Source: a virus. Taken from it: a stretch of 64,000 nucleotides of DNA. Position numbers and translations under genes: made by a program. Of the stretch, positions 15,917 through 25,615 are shown piece by piece; within the stretch, counting starts at the first letter, position 1; each line of letters begins with the position of its first letter. The notes below the pieces were generated by a model. It did not search any database and was not told where the DNA came from. It saw nothing but the letters and a program-made list of their open reading frames with translations. The stretch spans positions 1 to 64,000 of IMG/VR virus record IMGVR_UViG_3300045988_162176; one strand, 5' to 3'.

Positions 15917-16585
15917 ATGGCTATCTATGCTCCGTATCAGGGTGCTTATCTTAACGAGGAATTTGTTGGCTATGAAAGAGCTAAAAAGTTCATCAAAGAA
16001 TGGGATATGTGGGAAAAATGCTTTCCCACCCATATCCTTCTTTGGCTTGTGAATGAGAAAATTAAGATGAAAGATATCTGTGGTATCAAGTATATCCCTG
16101 TATCTTCTAGAAATCAAGAATTCTACTCTCAAAACTATCCTTTTATCCCTGAAATCGAGAAAAATTTTATATTCACAGAAGAACATAATGGTTGGAAAAG
16201 AGACCATCGCGAAAATGCTTACCAGTATATTGTCCCTCTTAACTATCAAAGTGTCTATCTTAGTAAGATTTTCAAAGAGGCAATTCTTATGGCTTATCCT
16301 TATCTGAAGAAATACAAATTCAATGCTTATGTTCCTACTTACGGCTCTGGCTCATGTGACATCTATATTAAAATGCCATATAAGCACAAGGGTGAAGAAG
16401 TTACTGTAAGCCTTTACTGCCCTCTTGAAGCATTATTGGAGAAAAACCCTGATATGATTTATCAGAGACATTTTGGTTATAACTCTGACTACTATAAGAG
16501 TCAGCCCGAAGCTAAAGATAAGATTCTTGGTGTCCTCAACAGCCAAAAGTACAAAGCTTTCTGCAAAAAGGTGAAGGAGGGTTAA
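15917..16585 (+). CDS. hypothetical protein (222 aa)
   Basis: SD GAAAGGAAAA upstream of ATG. Confidence 0.7.
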   Translation: MAIYAPYQGAYLNEEFVGYERAKKFIKEWDMWEKCFPTHILLWLVNEKIKMKDICGIKYIPVSSRNQEFYSQNYPFIPEIEKNFIFTEEHNGWKRDHRENAYQYIVPLNYQSVYLSKIFKEAILMAYPYLKKYKFNAYVPTYGSGSCDIYIKMPYKHKGEEVTVSLYCPLEALLEKNPDMIYQRHFGYNSDYYKSQPEAKDKILGVLNSQKYKAFCKKVKEG

Positions 16586-16656
16586 CCCCTCCTCCCTTTA
16601 ATATATAATCACTACAAACCATACCAAACATTTGAATTAAGAAAGGAAAATTGATT

Positions 16657-18270
16657 ATGTCTAACACTGCTATTGCTAACTTCTACAAGTCTACTACACA
16701 TGATTATGCAAGTTTTTTTAAGAACTACGAAGCTTCTGCTAAAGAGAAAGAAATCAACACTCGTATCAAGCATCTCACTGACCAACTCGAAGAAGCAAGA
16801 GTCGAAATGACTAAAGTTCAGAACAACCGTTACAATAGCGATTTTACTCCTCTTGGAAAGAAAATCATTGTTCACTATAGCTCAAATCGCTCTGATGTTG
16901 AGTTGTATTTTGATTTATTCACTGGCGCTTCTACCAGTCGTGATTATCTTGCACCTAATACTTTTATCATCAAAGAAATTAATTTGAAAGGTGGTGATTT
17001 CTGGGTCAATGTTGGTTATTGCTTCCCTCTTGGGGCTATTGTATCTCGTCATTATAGATATAGAATTGCCACTAACAACTCTTCTTGCAATTTTATTATG
17101 GATGGTGAGCAATTAATTCCTATCCTTGAGCCTACCGCAAAACCTGTCAGTGATGGTGATGCTCCTGTCTATGAATCTGGAATGGGTGATAGTGCTATCT
17201 ATTTCATCTCTCAGGCTTGGGATATTCCTATTGAGAATATTGGACCTAAATACACTTTCAGAGAATTGAGATTTGCATTAAGTAGAAATAAATCTACTGA
17301 AATCATCTTCCGCACTGCTCCTAAATCCATTCAAAATGACCTTCTTAATCTTAAAATTGAAACTGCTGAACCTGTTTACAAACTTGTTCATCTTACTAAA
17401 GCAGAATATAAAGAAGCTAATGACAGAGGCATTCTTGATGATTGGATGAATTTGATGTCTATTGTTGGTTCCGCTTTTAGAGATGATAATAAAACTTATT
17501 ATGGTTTTAATGACAACATGACTCTGGAAGATTTTTGTCACTATACCAATCAGGAATGGTTTGACATCATCGAAAAAGCTAAGTATTGGGATGAGGAATT
17601 TGAATTTAATCACGTCCAAACTGGTGGATATGGTGGAAAAGTTTTCTTTAATACTTTGTCTGCTTATCTCAGGAATAATAATTCTTATAGAAATTCCAAA
17701 TTCTATCAGTTCTATACCTTTGGTAAGTTCATGGATTATGTTTGTGAGGAAACAGTCAATCAGGGCTTTAAAACTTTAAACTCGTTTATGGGTGAACTTC
17801 GTGACTATCTTGATATGTGTGTTTCCATGAATATCAAGCCTACTCTTTATAGTTCTTACCTTAAACAGACTCATGATATCACCTCTCGTAACTATGAAGT
17901 TAAGCTTACCGAGGAACAGGCTGAGATGTTTGAAAATGCTTATAAAGATTTCAAGCCTTTTATCACTGAGGATAAAATATATAGTATTATTCGTCCTAAG
18001 AATGCAGATGATGTCAAGCACGAAGGTTCTGAACTTAATCATTGTGTTGCCAGTTATATTTCTAGAATTTTCAAGAGAAATTGTCTAATTGTTTTCCTTC
18101 GTAAGACAAAAGCTACTGACAAACCCTTGGTTACTATTGAAATTGAAAACAATGCAATTGTTCAGGCAAGGGGGGCTTCCAACCGTAGTATCACTGAGGA
18201 CGAATATAAAGCTATTTGCGAGTATGCCAACAAAAACAAATTCAAAGTTCGTGTTACTCCTCGTGACTAA
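16657..18270 (+). CDS. PcfJ-like domain protein (537 aa)
   Basis: ATG 16657 after GAAAGGAAA. C-terminal GSELNHCVASYISRIFKRNCLIVFLRK...LVTIEIENNAIVQARGASNR parallels 9114-11447. Confidence 0.7.
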   Translation: MSNTAIANFYKSTTHDYASFFKNYEASAKEKEINTRIKHLTDQLEEARVEMTKVQNNRYNSDFTPLGKKIIVHYSSNRSDVELYFDLFTGASTSRDYLAPNTFIIKEINLKGGDFWVNVGYCFPLGAIVSRHYRYRIATNNSSCNFIMDGEQLIPILEPTAKPVSDGDAPVYESGMGDSAIYFISQAWDIPIENIGPKYTFRELRFALSRNKSTEIIFRTAPKSIQNDLLNLKIETAEPVYKLVHLTKAEYKEANDRGILDDWMNLMSIVGSAFRDDNKTYYGFNDNMTLEDFCHYTNQEWFDIIEKAKYWDEEFEFNHVQTGGYGGKVFFNTLSAYLRNNNSYRNSKFYQFYTFGKFMDYVCEETVNQGFKTLNSFMGELRDYLDMCVSMNIKPTLYSSYLKQTHDITSRNYEVKLTEEQAEMFENAYKDFKPFITEDKIYSIIRPKNADDVKHEGSELNHCVASYISRIFKRNCLIVFLRKTKATDKPLVTIEIENNAIVQARGASNRSITEDEYKAICEYANKNKFKVRVTPRD

Positions 18271-18350
18271 TATTTAGCAAATCAACTTTACATTAACGAA
18301 TAACATATTTAAGCTGACCTAACGGCTATACGGGGAGAAAGGTTTACATT

Positions 18351-18902
18351 ATGACTAACACTAAGACTTACAAGGATATGACCGTTACCGTTACTTGTGA
18401 AGAAAACGAAGATACTGAAATGATGGAACTTCTTCAGCATTATCAGGATGCCAAGACTGTTTGTGAAGCTACAAAGGAATATTATATTCCTCGTACAGAA
18501 GCAATCGGTAGAGCTAAGTGGACTGTGATTGTTAACCAGATTTTTTCTTTGGTGAAAATTGCTGAAGAAACTAATCTCTTTTCAAGAACAAATCTTTATG
18601 CTCATTATTACAGAGATTATGGTAATGATGAAAGCGTAGCAGTTAGCAAACAGGGTGGTCGTTATTATATCACTTGGAGAAGTGGTAGTTATACTGACTC
18701 TATTGCACTTGATGCTTCTCCTGAATGCTGTCCCGAACCTTTGCTTGAAGATAAAGATGGTTGGCTTGCTAAATGGGATGAATATGAAATCTATTCTACA
18801 ATGAGAGCCAACCTTGTTTACAGTATTAGAAGCGCAACTAAAGCCATCATTGAAGAAAAGAACAAGATTGTTGAAACTTTCAAAGGATTTGCTGGGGAAT
18901 AA
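18351..18902 (+). CDS. hypothetical protein (183 aa)
   Basis: GGGGAGAAAGG upstream of ATG. Confidence 0.7.
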   Translation: MTNTKTYKDMTVTVTCEENEDTEMMELLQHYQDAKTVCEATKEYYIPRTEAIGRAKWTVIVNQIFSLVKIAEETNLFSRTNLYAHYYRDYGNDESVAVSKQGGRYYITWRSGSYTDSIALDASPECCPEPLLEDKDGWLAKWDEYEIYSTMRANLVYSIRSATKAIIEEKNKIVETFKGFAGE

Positions 18903-18917
18903 TCCCCAGCTTTTTCT
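18891..18917 (+). terminator. intrinsic terminator GCTGGGGA/TCCCCAGC plus TTTTTCT
   Basis: 8-bp GC-rich stem spanning the stop codon, followed by a T-run. Confidence 0.75.
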
Positions 18918-18962
18918 ATATCAAAACATTCTACTTACAAAAAAAAGAAAGGAAAAAAGATT

Positions 18963-19508
18963 ATGGCTACCAAGAATAACAAAAGCAATCCTCATATCGT
19001 TTGGAGCAACTACAACCTCAATCTCGTTGATTGGACTGATGGCATTAAGGAAAGACTCGATGAACGTGGGGTAGATTACTCTGAGTGGGATGAGAATAAG
19101 TTCTATGAGGAAATGGTCGAGGTAAATAATTTGTACTTTGAAGATGAAAAGTGCAACCTTAATATTCCAACTGGACGTATCATTGAGATTGCTGATGTTG
19201 GTCTTCGGGATGGACGTAGAACAGGTTACAACCTCCTTAACGAGTATAATATCAAAGCTTGTCTTAATTTCAAGCAAGACTGTGAATATGCTGAATGGTG
19301 GGTTGATTCTCACAATAATCTTCGCTCTCGTCAGACACACCATGATGGAACTCATTATATTTTGTATAGGGAGGTGAAGCCTAAAATCACTTCTGACCAG
19401 CTTGATAATTTCTGCTGGAAGCTCTACCGTGGTGAAGCAACTTCCAAGGATATTACCAAGTATACCCGCGCTATTGGTAAGCAAATTCGCAATGTTTACG
19501 GCTGGTAA
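18963..19508 (+). CDS. hypothetical protein (181 aa), paralog of 20660-21205
   Basis: SD GAAAGGAAAA. Shares WSNYNLNL.DW, CDYAEWWVD.HNNLRSRQTHHDGTH and SKDITKYTR.IGKQI..YGW with the paralog. Confidence 0.75.
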   Translation: MATKNNKSNPHIVWSNYNLNLVDWTDGIKERLDERGVDYSEWDENKFYEEMVEVNNLYFEDEKCNLNIPTGRIIEIADVGLRDGRRTGYNLLNEYNIKACLNFKQDCEYAEWWVDSHNNLRSRQTHHDGTHYILYREVKPKITSDQLDNFCWKLYRGEATSKDITKYTRAIGKQIRNVYGW

Positions 19509-19548
19509 CTACAAACATTTTTGATTTAAGAAAGGAAATATAAACAAA

Positions 19549-20379
19549 ATGAAACATTTTTATGAAAAGGATATTTTTATCAGTAAGGATGTTGCTGCTA
19601 AAATTAACAAAGCTTGTTCAACAAGTTATCCTGAAGATTGGTTCTCGGAAGATGAAACACCTTTTACACTTACCGCTAAATTTGCGGATGGAACGACAAT
19701 GGATATTCGTTGTTGTGGTTCACAAGAGGCTCCCTCTTGGTGTGAATCTATTCTTTGGGCTCCTGATGAAAACGGCGGTTTGCATGAAATAAATTGCTCT
19801 GGAGAAGTTTGTGATTCCATCCTCGGTAACTGGGAACTGGTTGACCATGATACTGAGAATAAATATATTGTCAATGTCAAAATTGAGGAGGAAAATGAAA
19901 TGCCTACTAACAAGAAGTTTAACGAAATGATTATCCATTCTGAGAAAAACAATTGTTCCCCTTACGTCTCTGTCGATACTCCTAATGGTCAGTTTAGAAT
20001 TTACTGTGAACCTGAAGATGGATATCATGGAGCGTTTATCACGTTTATTCGTGATGGTCAAGCAGTTGAGCAAGATATCTGTATGGCAGAGATTGACCCT
20101 GATGATAAGTCTGGTAATACCTTCTCTGTCAAGGTTTGGAGTGAACCTCAGTCTGAAGAGTATCAGGAAAATATTCATTTTGGTCAGTATCGCGAGCCTT
20201 GTTGTCCTTATTGTGGAAATAAAAGTGTGGATGAGGTAGATGATTTTGGAAACAAAATCAAGTTCCTTTGCCAAGAATGTGGTCAAGATTTCTTAATGAG
20301 TATTTACACAGGCGAATATTTTACTCTTAATCGTATTCCTCTTAAACCTTTTGAGGAAAAAGAAAAGGAACAGGAGTAA
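19549..20379 (+). CDS. hypothetical protein with C-terminal zinc-ribbon (276 aa)
   Basis: SD GAAAGGAAA; CCPYCGN...CQECG near the C-terminus. Confidence 0.7.
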   Translation: MKHFYEKDIFISKDVAAKINKACSTSYPEDWFSEDETPFTLTAKFADGTTMDIRCCGSQEAPSWCESILWAPDENGGLHEINCSGEVCDSILGNWELVDHDTENKYIVNVKIEEENEMPTNKKFNEMIIHSEKNNCSPYVSVDTPNGQFRIYCEPEDGYHGAFITFIRDGQAVEQDICMAEIDPDDKSGNTFSVKVWSEPQSEEYQENIHFGQYREPCCPYCGNKSVDEVDDFGNKIKFLCQECGQDFLMSIYTGEYFTLNRIPLKPFEEKEKEQE

Positions 20380-20388
20380 CCCTGTTCC
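20367..20388. terminator. Bidirectional terminator GGAACAGG/CCTGTTCC (cassette 6)
   Basis: 8-bp stem spanning the stop codon; TTTTCTTTTT after the stem on the minus strand. Confidence 0.6.
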
Positions 20389-20465
20389 TATCTAAAACTC
20401 CAGCCCCGTAAGCTGTTCATATAAATGAAACCCTTGTCTTAAGGAAGAAAAGGAGATGAAAGACC

Positions 20466-20546
20466 ATGTAGAAAATCAAATAGATAAACTACAAATTTAA
20501 CATTTATTACTTCGTGATAGTGTTAACAGGTTTCCTTGAGCTATAA
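20466..20546 (+). CDS. mini-ORF 6, MQKIKQINYKFNIYYFVIVLTGFLEL (26 aa, TAG at codons 2 and 6)
   Basis: SD AAAGGAG upstream of ATG-TAG; stop inside hairpin GTTTCCTT/AAGGAAAC; most diverged family member. Confidence 0.5.
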
Positions 20547-20606
20547 GGAAACTAAAACCTAATACACATAGGGTTGAGAGGTTACGGGTCTCTTAACTCT
20601 ATGTGT

Positions 20607-20635
20607 ATTGTAACATATCAACACAACTTTGTCAA
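20607..20635 (-). promoter_or_regulatory. antisense promoter TTGACA-N17-TACAAT with TGT (cassette 6)
   Basis: -35 at 20630-20635, -10 at 20607-20612 on the minus strand. Confidence 0.6.
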
Positions 20636-20659
20636 GTATTTTAAGAAAGGAATTTTGCT

Positions 20660-21205
20660 ATGTCTACTAAAACTAATAAGCATATTATTTGGAGCAATTA
20701 CAACCTTAATCTCGAAGATTGGATTGAGGATATCAAAGAAAATCTCAAATACTGTGGAGTTGATATCTCTACTTGGACTAGAGAGATGTTTGAGCAGGAG
20801 ATGATTGATACAAATAATTTGTATCTTGATGATGAAAAAGGCAACCTTAATATCCAGACTGAGGGTGATATTATTATCATCGCCAAGTTGGGTTTGTGGA
20901 ATTGTTTTCCTATAGCCTATAAGTATATCCCTTCCAACTGTCGCAATATCTCTAATTGCTTATGCTTTGAACCTAATTGCGATTATGCGGAATGGTGGGT
21001 TGATTTTCATAATAATCTTCGTTCAAGACAGACTCATCATGATGGTACTCATCAGTTGCTTTATCGTGAGCTTAAGCCTAATCTCTCTTGGAAACAGAAA
21101 GACAATTTCTTTAATAAGATTCTTCAGAGGACATTAACCTCTAAGGATATAACCAAGTATACTCGTTCCATCGGCAAACAGATTTGTGAAATCTACGGCT
21201 GGTAA
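20660..21205 (+). CDS. hypothetical protein (181 aa), paralog of 18963-19508
   Basis: SD GAAAGGAA; same length and motifs as 18963-19508. Confidence 0.75.
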   Translation: MSTKTNKHIIWSNYNLNLEDWIEDIKENLKYCGVDISTWTREMFEQEMIDTNNLYLDDEKGNLNIQTEGDIIIIAKLGLWNCFPIAYKYIPSNCRNISNCLCFEPNCDYAEWWVDFHNNLRSRQTHHDGTHQLLYRELKPNLSWKQKDNFFNKILQRTLTSKDITKYTRSIGKQICEIYGW

Positions 21206-21257
21206 ATATTTATACACACCACACAAACAATTTTTGATTTAAGAAAGGAAAATTGCT

Positions 21258-21974
21258 ATGTCTAAGAAGTATGATTACAACAAGTCCGATATCGCTAACA
21301 TCGTTTTGGAATTCAAGTCTTTGCTTGAAGAGCATGAATGCCTTGACGATGTTTGCATCTATTATAACAATAGACGTACTCGTTACATCCGAAATCTATG
21401 GGATAAGGATGAGAAGAAATATGTCCCTCTGAATACTTGGGTTGATGAGGGTGAAGGCTTCCATCCCACTAAATATTGCGAGTACGCTCCTTCTACCAAT
21501 ATTATCAGTTTCTCTTCTGAGGGAACTTTGAGTGGTTATATGTACTCAGGTGCTCCTGAGTGGCTTGAGAAGTTTGCTCTTAAATATGGTATGTACATTG
21601 AGTGTGCAACTTCTTGGTTTTTCTATTTCGCTCCTTGCAATAATTGGAGTGATTATGAAACCGATGATACCGAAGAGCATAAGGATTATCCCATCCCTCT
21701 CTTCTGTCCTGAAGATTATGATGATAATAAAATTCCTGCTATCAAAGCTATTGCTCAGGTTTGGGAAGACCTTTGCAGAATGTCTGAGGATAAGGGATGC
21801 TGTGCAATTGGATATGGTATGATTTTCAGATACGAAGGTCAGAAGTATAAAATGATTCCTCGTTCTGATAAGCAGGGTGAATGGAGTTGGGAACAGTGGG
21901 TTGACAAGATTAAGAACTATCTTATTATTGTTGGCTGTACTGAAATCTACTGGGATTATGGACATATGGATTAA
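21258..21974 (+). CDS. hypothetical protein (238 aa)
   Basis: SD GAAAGGAAAA upstream of ATG. Confidence 0.7.
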   Translation: MSKKYDYNKSDIANIVLEFKSLLEEHECLDDVCIYYNNRRTRYIRNLWDKDEKKYVPLNTWVDEGEGFHPTKYCEYAPSTNIISFSSEGTLSGYMYSGAPEWLEKFALKYGMYIECATSWFFYFAPCNNWSDYETDDTEEHKDYPIPLFCPEDYDDNKIPAIKAIAQVWEDLCRMSEDKGCCAIGYGMIFRYEGQKYKMIPRSDKQGEWSWEQWVDKIKNYLIIVGCTEIYWDYGHMD

Positions 21975-21993
21975 TTGAGAGGAGGTGAACAAA

Positions 21994-22182
21994 ATGTTGC
22001 GAATTATTAATGGTACAGGTAAGTGTTGTCCTTGTTGTGGGGTTGAAGTAAATCTCACCTTTGATGATGAATTTGACTATATTTGTCCTGAATGTGGTCA
22101 ACTTCTTTATTCTTGGGAATGTGGCAACACAGTCCAAACTACTATGCAGGACATCAAAGAGCAAGAAGCTCTGGAACGCTAA
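21994..22182 (+). CDS. hypothetical zinc-ribbon protein (62 aa)
   Basis: ATG 21994 after GAGGAGGTG; CCPCCG...CPECG. Confidence 0.65.
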   Translation: MLRIINGTGKCCPCCGVEVNLTFDDEFDYICPECGQLLYSWECGNTVQTTMQDIKEQEALER

Positions 22183-22217
22183 CAATAACTTTTATTAAAA
22201 GAAAGGATTTAAGAATT

Positions 22218-22778
22218 ATGTCTCAATATACCAACATTGAAGCTGTTAAAAATTATATCGAACTGGCAAGAATGAATTTGATTCATCTTGGATTCACTGA
22301 ATTGTCCGATATAAAAATCGTGACAGAATGGAACACAAGAGCTAAGAACCGACTTGGGCAGTGCTGTCCTAAACGTGCTTTTGACGGCAAGCGCTATTTC
22401 GTTCTCAGCTTCAACAAGAAATATTTTGAGATTGGAGATGATAACAATGTACGAGGCACAATTATCCATGAAGTAGCTCACTGTGTTACTAATGGGTTAA
22501 GCCATGAGCATTCAAGCGGATGGTACAAAGCTATTACCAAATATAACGCTGTTTATGGCACGCATATTCAGAGATGTAGTTATGACCCTGTTTACCATGA
22601 ATATCTTAACAAACAGTCTAAATCAAGCAACAATTACAAAATCTATTGTGATTGCTGTAAGAAGGTGGTGAAAACTTATCAGCGTAATTGCAACACAGTT
22701 CAGGGTATCAGGTCTAATCCTTCTGGTTGGAGATGTGGTGGCTGTGGTAAAACAGGAACTCTTAAGCTTTTGAGTTAA
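22218..22778 (+). CDS. SprT-like zinc metallopeptidase domain protein (186 aa)
   Basis: Start at ATG 22218 after GAAAGGA; HEVAH (HExxH) motif plus C-terminal CDCC...CGGCG zinc ribbon. Confidence 0.65.
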   Translation: MSQYTNIEAVKNYIELARMNLIHLGFTELSDIKIVTEWNTRAKNRLGQCCPKRAFDGKRYFVLSFNKKYFEIGDDNNVRGTIIHEVAHCVTNGLSHEHSSGWYKAITKYNAVYGTHIQRCSYDPVYHEYLNKQSKSSNNYKIYCDCCKKVVKTYQRNCNTVQGIRSNPSGWRCGGCGKTGTLKLLS

Positions 22779-22811
22779 ACTAGTCTAACAAAAAAGAAAG
22801 GAAGTGTTTAT

Positions 22812-23075
22812 ATGTCTAATATCATTCTTACTGATTCTCACAATGTCGTTCATTGGAAGCCTGTAACTGGTACAAAAGGAGAAAACTTCTATATGTCTAA
22901 GGATGAGAAATATTATATTTCTCGTCCTGTTTTCTCCCGTAAGGGTTGGGAACTAAGTAAAAGAAGTGTCATTGATGGTGTAGTTGTTTACACTTTCATC
23001 AAAGCATTCTCTTCACTTAAGGCTGCAAAAAATTATGTGGCTAACACCCTGCATTCCTACAACTACAACTGGTAA
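22812..23075 (+). CDS. hypothetical protein (87 aa)
   Basis: SD GAAAGGAAG upstream of ATG. Confidence 0.7.
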   Translation: MSNIILTDSHNVVHWKPVTGTKGENFYMSKDEKYYISRPVFSRKGWELSKRSVIDGVVVYTFIKAFSSLKAAKNYVANTLHSYNYNW

Positions 23076-23111
23076 CAAAATAATCTGTTTTAATTTGAAA
23101 GGAGTTTAACT

Positions 23112-23387
23112 ATGAAGTACATTTCTTCCACCCTTTATAGCTGGCTTTCTGATACTGCTGATTCTAAGTCTCAGCTTCATATCTACGCAATCCAGAGCGA
23201 AGAGGAATATCTCAATCTGGATGCTATGATTGAAAACGGCGAAGAACAGGAAATCCTTGAATATCTGCATTACGAAAGTGATGTCATTCCTGTCGAAGCT
23301 ATTCAGGGCAAGGAATACACTACTTATCATTGTAAACTTATTGGTGATTTCCTTGTCGTTGAAGAAACTGTTATCATTGATGTTTAA
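23112..23387 (+). CDS. hypothetical acidic protein (91 aa)
   Basis: Conserved leader AATTTGAAAGGAG upstream of ATG. Confidence 0.7.
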   Translation: MKYISSTLYSWLSDTADSKSQLHIYAIQSEEEYLNLDAMIENGEEQEILEYLHYESDVIPVEAIQGKEYTTYHCKLIGDFLVVEETVIIDV

Positions 23388-23427
23388 CATTTAATTTGTT
23401 TGTTTAATTTGAAAGGAGTTATGAATT

Positions 23428-24072
23428 ATGTCTTATACTTTATATCATGGTTGCGTCGAATCTGCTATTGAGCCTATTATCAATGGGGAATACGGAGTGG
23501 AGAAATCTGCCCCTATTGTTCATCCTTGGATTTGTGCAAAAGGGAAAGAAATCTTCTTTTATGACAAGGAATTAATTAAAGAAGATGAAGGTATTGATGA
23601 TGAAGATGATGCCAGTGCTATTGAGTATTGTATTGAACGCTGCAATGGACAAGCACAAATTCAGAACGCCTGCCTTCCTCAACCTTTTAGTGTAACTTGC
23701 GTTTTAGAGGTAACTTTCTATTACGACAAGAATGGAGACTCTATTGATTCTTGGGAGGATATCTGCGTGGAAGACAATAGCTGTGAAAACATGGCAGCCG
23801 CAGTTTGTATGGATACTGATGTCTTCAATTCTTTGGTAAAGGAGGATAAAGTCGATTTTAAAGTTCATAAATATGAATTTTTTCCTAAGCTTGCTTTGTG
23901 TTATATTGCTTCTATGCCTACTGAAAACAATCTCTTTAATAAGAATTGTTTATCAGAGGGAGAACTGAAAGCTTGTAAAGCTATCATGGACGCAGAAGTT
24001 TACATTGATGAACTTTATGAAGCCAATCAAGTAGATTGTTATGAAGTTCCTCCTCTTACACTTAGACAATAA
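23428..24072 (+). CDS. hypothetical protein (214 aa)
   Basis: Conserved leader AATTTGAAAGGAG upstream of ATG. Confidence 0.7.
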   Translation: MSYTLYHGCVESAIEPIINGEYGVEKSAPIVHPWICAKGKEIFFYDKELIKEDEGIDDEDDASAIEYCIERCNGQAQIQNACLPQPFSVTCVLEVTFYYDKNGDSIDSWEDICVEDNSCENMAAAVCMDTDVFNSLVKEDKVDFKVHKYEFFPKLALCYIASMPTENNLFNKNCLSEGELKACKAIMDAEVYIDELYEANQVDCYEVPPLTLRQ

Positions 24073-24106
24073 TAAAACTTTTTTGAATTTGAAAGGAGCA
24101 CAAATT

Positions 24107-24667
24107 ATGAAAGACCAGCCTATTACTTCTAAGTTCACTTCCGTCAATAACTCTAAACTTCCTCGTGTCTACAATCATATTGATTGGAGTCAGTTGAAAT
24201 ATGACAAAGTTTGGTGTAAAAACGCCTTTAGCCATTATCAAACTTTTGGAACTCCCTTGGTTGTTTATGATTGGGGATGTGGTCGCTATCCTGAAGTTAT
24301 CGGGGATTTTCTTAAGTCTAAGAACATTAAATATATTGGGTATGACCCATATTGGTATCCTGAAGGGTATAGAAATTATCCTGAAGAGGGCTATGGATTT
24401 CCCAGCGCAGATGTGTTCATCTGTTCCAATGTTCTCAACGTAATCTGTGATTGGACGGAGGTGAAACGTATCTCTCAGATTCTTCGTAATCAGTGTAGAC
24501 CTTTCTTTATTACTTGTTACGAGGGAACAAAATCTTACATTGGTCAGGAAACTCGTAAGGATTGTTGGCAGTGGAATAAGCCTATCGAATCTTATATCAT
24601 GAATCATAAGGATACGATTAAAAAGAAAGTGCTTACAAACGAAAGATATAAGTCCTACATCATTTAA
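24107..24667 (+). CDS. class I SAM-dependent methyltransferase-like protein (186 aa)
   Basis: Start at ATG 24107 after TTTGAAAGGAG; motif I-like VVYDWGCGRYPE and DVFICSNVLNVI. Substrate unknown. Confidence 0.55.
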   Translation: MKDQPITSKFTSVNNSKLPRVYNHIDWSQLKYDKVWCKNAFSHYQTFGTPLVVYDWGCGRYPEVIGDFLKSKNIKYIGYDPYWYPEGYRNYPEEGYGFPSADVFICSNVLNVICDWTEVKRISQILRNQCRPFFITCYEGTKSYIGQETRKDCWQWNKPIESYIMNHKDTIKKKVLTNERYKSYII

Positions 24668-24700
24668 ATTAAACCGTTTAAATTTGAAAGGAGTATAACT

Positions 24701-25027
24701 ATGGCAGCTTTAAATCTTCATTCTGTTCGTACCAACATCAAAAATGAATATGGTAAGTTTAAAATTTTTACCCCTTGGGCAAATGTAGAGCATAGATATT
24801 ATATCGAGTTCTATCCTCCCAAAATTGACATTCTTGATGAAAGTCCCGAAAGATGTTTGGGAATCATGACTATCTACAACCCTGAAACTGAAAAACTTTC
24901 TATCAAGTGGATTTGGGATAGCCGTGATTGGAAAAATCATTATGCGTTTTCTTATACACATAGTTTTGTTCCTATCGTAAATTCCATGTTGTCTCACATC
25001 AAAGAAATTGAAAAGGAGTGTGCGTAA
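24701..25027 (+). CDS. hypothetical protein (108 aa)
   Basis: Conserved leader AATTTGAAAGGAG upstream of ATG. Confidence 0.7.
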   Translation: MAALNLHSVRTNIKNEYGKFKIFTPWANVEHRYYIEFYPPKIDILDESPERCLGIMTIYNPETEKLSIKWIWDSRDWKNHYAFSYTHSFVPIVNSMLSHIKEIEKECA

Positions 25028-25557
25028 TGTTAACTTATTTCTGTGGAGACCATATCAACAAACCCGTTGTCATGATTGCTTTTGGAGACCCTGAGTATTA
25101 CGACAACATTTCTTTGCCTACTTCTTACTATGATGGCAAACATATCAAAGAAGCCTATATGTATGAGTATCTTCGGGACTTTATGAAGTATCTCAAGGAG
25201 CAGTCTGAAATGAAGGAGGAACTTGAACATCCCACTGTCTATTGGATTGTTGACCTTAAGAGAAACATTACTCTTTGGACTGGTCTTGCTCTTAAGTCTA
25301 GCTTTGCTCAGGCTATAAGAACTCTTAAAGAGTATTATGCAACAGAACTCAAACAGTCTTCTAAGTTTCAAAAATATGACGTTCTTCTTGAGGTTAAAGG
25401 CACCCTAGAAGTTGCAGTTGAAGCAAAAAGTTTCGATGATGCCAAACACAAAGCTCAAAATCAGCTTCATACTTTTACAAATGAAGACCTTCTCTGCCTT
25501 TCTACTAAGGCAATCAGTGCTATGGATGAAAGTAAAACAACTCATGAGTACTGTTAA
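25027..25557 (+). CDS. hypothetical protein (176 aa)
   Basis: ATG 25027 overlaps the upstream TAA (TAATG); AAAAGGAG upstream. Confidence 0.65.
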   Translation: MLTYFCGDHINKPVVMIAFGDPEYYDNISLPTSYYDGKHIKEAYMYEYLRDFMKYLKEQSEMKEELEHPTVYWIVDLKRNITLWTGLALKSSFAQAIRTLKEYYATELKQSSKFQKYDVLLEVKGTLEVAVEAKSFDDAKHKAQNQLHTFTNEDLLCLSTKAISAMDESKTTHEYC

Positions 25558-25615
25558 TATATAGTCCCTAAATATACATTAACTAACAATTTATTTTTGA
25601 AAGGAAGTTTTAATT

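Larger units (their letters stand above)
20364..20600 (-). ncRNA. predicted antisense RNA of cassette 6 (about 240 nt)
   Basis: Runs from promoter 20607-20635 to terminator 20367-20388. Confidence 0.45.

Noticed and set aside
2455-20640. The six repeated cassettes as a CRISPR array or as a MITE-type transposon
   Set aside because: The copies are 0.5-9 kb apart, about 270 nt long, diverged, and separated by genes rather than short spacers. No terminal inverted repeats or target duplications were seen.
5905-24607. Other long antisense or overlapping track ORFs (5905-6576, 10227-10634, 14330-14899, 19720-20286, 21546-22058, 24062-24607 and many 60-110 aa ones)
   Set aside because: Each lies opposite or out of frame within a gene that has an SD and tight operon packing. 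None has its own SD or promoter.
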